This document shows, piece by piece, positions 61,688-64,000 of a DNA stretch of 64,000 nt; the stretch's first letter is position 1, and each line of letters opens with the position of its first letter. A model generated the notes under the pieces. It ran no database searches. It saw only the letters and a list, made by a program, of their open reading frames with translations, and was not told the DNA's origin. This DNA comes from an uncultured virus (IMG/VR IMGVR_UViG_3300009034_000029). Taxonomy: Duplodnaviria; Heunggongvirae; Uroviricota; Caudoviricetes. The stretch is from the IMG/VR virus record IMGVR_UViG_3300009034_000029. One strand, 5' to 3'. Both the position numbers and the translations under genes were made by a program.

Positions 61688-62173
61688 CTACGACCCCACA
61701 ACTACTGTCTCTGGCTTTTCTTTCTCTAGGAACTTCCTAAATTCAACCTTACAGTCTTCACATGCATGTTCCAGCATATAGGACTGAAATCTTTCTAATT
61801 GTGCTTGGTTGTTTTGAATTATGATCATATGATCGGGCATATTCTTTCCTCTAAGTTTCTGTATGTCTTGTGCTAACTGACTGAGCTCACGAATGTAATC
61901 TTTAATAGCTCTTTCCACACGGGGGTCTATGTCTTTTGTCATTAACCCCTCGAGTCGTTCCTGGACACGGTCATACATATTTTCTAATAACTTAACACGA
62001 TCTTCTACACTCACATATTTATCTAATATATGATTCTTCATATGCATCCAGATAATTTTCGGATCGGCTTTTAACTGTTCCCCGACATCGTGCGCGGACA
62101 GTGAACCTAATGTCAGTTGCTTCTCGTAGTATCTTCTATTCGGTGCCTTACAAAGCGGACAATTTCCGGTCAT
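61688..62173 (-). CDS. Putative terminase small subunit
   Basis: First gene of the late operon; CPLC...HTH...HMKNH followed by a coiled coil. Confidence 0.6.
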   Translation of the reverse strand: MTGNCPLCKAPNRRYYEKQLTLGSLSAHDVGEQLKADPKIIWMHMKNHILDKYVSVEDRVKLLENMYDRVQERLEGLMTKDIDPRVERAIKDYIRELSQLAQDIQKLRGKNMPDHMIIIQNNQAQLERFQSYMLEHACEDCKVEFRKFLEKEKPETVVVGS

Positions 62174-62189
62174 ATAAACACAACCAAGT

Positions 62190-62222
62190 ACAAAGAATTA
62201 TTCTTTTGCGTGTATATAAAGC
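62190..62222 (-). promoter_or_regulatory. Late-operon TATA promoter
   Basis: - strand gctttatatacacgcaaaagaataatt ~40 nt upstream of the TerS ATG. Confidence 0.6.
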
Positions 62223-62359
62223 TTCGTATAGGGCTCACAGCATTATATTATATCCTGTTTTGGAGTTAGCAAAAAGAAACTTGTGTTAGCAACACAATGT
62301 TTAGAAACAGGGGTAATTTGTTTAAGTCAGGTGTTTAGCGTTTTTGCTAAAAGAAACAT

Positions 62360-63010
62360 TTGCAATTTATAATGTAATGTTAATTAAATAGATAATTATT
62401 AAATTAAATAAATAAAATATTATTGTATATAAAATTTTATTATAAAATTAGATGATAGGTTATATATATAATCAAGATGTTATATAATTAAAAGTTTGTA
62501 TATAAAAATAAATAAGAGGTTAAATATATATGAAAAATGTTGAAAAGATAGATAAACATCTATTTAATTCGAAATTGATTGATATAGTATTAAAAATTGT
62601 TATAGAAATAGTAAAATGTAAAAATAATAAAGAAAAGATTTATATATATACGGAATTGTTTTATTATCAATGGAATAAGTTAATTAAATAGATAGATAGT
62701 TAATTAATCAATTAAACTATTATTTATATATAGACTATTTGATATAATCAAGTAGTCATATAAATATATAGGAGAAGATCTATATAAAGCATAAAGTAGC
62801 TAATCAAATACGAAGATTGTTGAATAAGCAAGAGAACAGTTATATAATCAAGCATAAGCTTAAAACTATAAAGCTAAACAAAGATAAATAGATAAACGCT
62901 TATTTAACTAGCAAGAAGTTTGAATAAGGAAATGATCTGTTGAATAAATAGACAGATCATTATACTTTATATTGACTATTTATAAATATAGATAGTCATT
63001 GATACATTCA
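62360..63010. other. Very AT-rich divergent intergenic region with short repeats (candidate origin/control region)
   Basis: Repeats atataatcaag and (t)aaatagata; located at the strand switch. Confidence 0.5.
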
Positions 63011-63023
63011 AGGAGATGATTGA

Positions 63024-63287
63024 ATGAATAAGCAAAAGCTTAAAAGACCAACAATAGCTCTATTAGTTAAAGAAGGATCTGATTCAAAGAAGAAATCAGG
63101 TAAAATTTCAATGAAACAGTTAAACAGTCTATTAAACAAGTATAAAGTTATATCAGTAAGTGATCTTGCAAACAAATGTAAAGTTGTTCACCAATGGAGT
63201 TACAAGTATTTACAGAAACTTGTACAATCAAAAGTACTAGTGAAAAAATACATGAATGGTAGAACATATTACTTCAGATCTAAATAA
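63024..63287 (+). CDS. Small basic winged-helix protein
   Basis: SVSDLANKCKV...SYKYLQKLVQSKVLVKKYMNGRTYY. Confidence 0.65.
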   Translation: MNKQKLKRPTIALLVKEGSDSKKKSGKISMKQLNSLLNKYKVISVSDLANKCKVVHQWSYKYLQKLVQSKVLVKKYMNGRTYYFRSK

Positions 63288-63705
63288 ATAGATAGTTGAT
63301 AGAACAATCAACTATTTCCCTCTTCTTTTTAATAGAGTATTGAACAAATAAACAAGTGATTGAAAGAATAAAGAGGTGATTGAAAGATTAGAAAAGTAAT
63401 TGAGGACATAGGTAAAGGACATGAGGCTCAATAACATTATAAAATATATATTGAGATTAACGTTACCCTGAACCCGCGCCTTGACCTGATCCAGGTCGCT
63501 GATCCCGGGACTTGAGTTAAGGGGACTATTGAAATTGGCATTGACCAAAAAGTATATATAGTTGTACATTGTAATATATATATGATAAATAAAAATTAAA
63601 AGGTGATAAAGTTCATGTTCAAGTTCGTAAATCATCATTCATTCGTCATAGTTACTTTATCATTAAGTAACAACACACAGCTCAAACTACAAGGAGGTAG
63701 ATAAT

Positions 63706-64000
63706 ATGAGCAAGCAAGACAATACCCAAACGAAAGACAAACGACCAAGCATCAAGGTGCTTGAGAGCATGCCAGAAGGAACAGGTGTTAAAGGACACCT
63801 GATCAGAAGCGACGATGAAATCGTTGCGTACATCAAACGCAAAGGACCACAGAGCAAAGCAGACCTAGCATCCTGGCTCAGTGACCCGAAGAAACCAACT
63901 CTAGGCACAGTGTTCATCAACAAGGTGATGGCACGTGTTGTAGGGACAACGGCCGTTGAGAAACGGATACACGGAGGAAGAAACTGGTACTTCGTCCGTA
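63706..64000 (+). CDS. wHTH-like protein, truncated by the window end (not in the ORF track)
   Basis: ggaggt SD and ATG at 63706; MSKQDNTQ...GPQSKADLASWL...EKRIHGGRNWYFVR, open to the window edge. Confidence 0.7.
   Translation, partial: MSKQDNTQTKDKRPSIKVLESMPEGTGVKGHLIRSDDEIVAYIKRKGPQSKADLASWLSDPKKPTLGTVFINKVMARVVGTTAVEKRIHGGRNWYFVR

Larger units (their letters stand above)
1..64000. mobile_element. Tailed archaeal dsDNA virus (Caudoviricetes, siphovirus-like), near-complete genome segment
   Basis: TerL, portal, HK97-type capsid, tail tube and tape measure genes in canonical order on the - strand; replication and modification genes on the + strand; archaeal-type SD (GGAGGTGA) and TATA promoters; no integrase or host housekeeping genes seen. 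Confidence 0.93.

Noticed and set aside
63706..64000. Window ends joining in frame into ORF 57-419 (circular genome of exactly 64 kb)
   Set aside because: No terminal overlap is visible, ORF 57 has its own SD, and an open join can arise by chance; the window is probably an arbitrary slice

Overview
This window is most of the genome of a tailed archaeal dsDNA virus (Caudoviricetes, siphovirus-like) or a provirus. The archaeal host is inferred from GGAGGTGA/GGTGA ribosome-binding sites, TATA-type promoters, oligo-T terminators, many CPxCG Zn-ribbon microproteins and ERCC4/MCM-like replication genes. The + strand (1-34065) carries many small early ORFs, an SSB-like gene and an ATPase. It also carries a 7-deazaguanine DNA-modification set (DpdA/TGT-like, QueE, QueC, QueT-like), a sulfation-type cluster (ASST-like, sulfatase-like, CysD), PolB, Cas4-like and ERCC4 nucleases, and an MCM-like ATPase. 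The - strand (34177-62173) is the virion operon: TerS, fibre genes, TerL, portal, protease/scaffold, capsid, neck, tail tube, chaperones, tape measure, hub and large lectin-like tail proteins. An AT-rich divergent control region follows. Two candidate new systems stand out. (1) Three intergenic RNAs are closed by bulge-helix-bulge or bulge-helix-loop motifs, the substrate of the archaeal tRNA-splicing endonuclease. One is a highly structured ~580-nt RNA with a perfect BHB, predicting virus-encoded excised, probably circular, ncRNAs. (2) A radical SAM/SPASM enzyme lies inside the tail operon, just downstream of a tail-hub protein ending in a 12-Cys SCIFF/ranthipeptide-like tail, which suggests RiPP-style crosslinking of a virion protein. 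All calls come from reading motifs and base pairing by eye. No database search or folding program was run.
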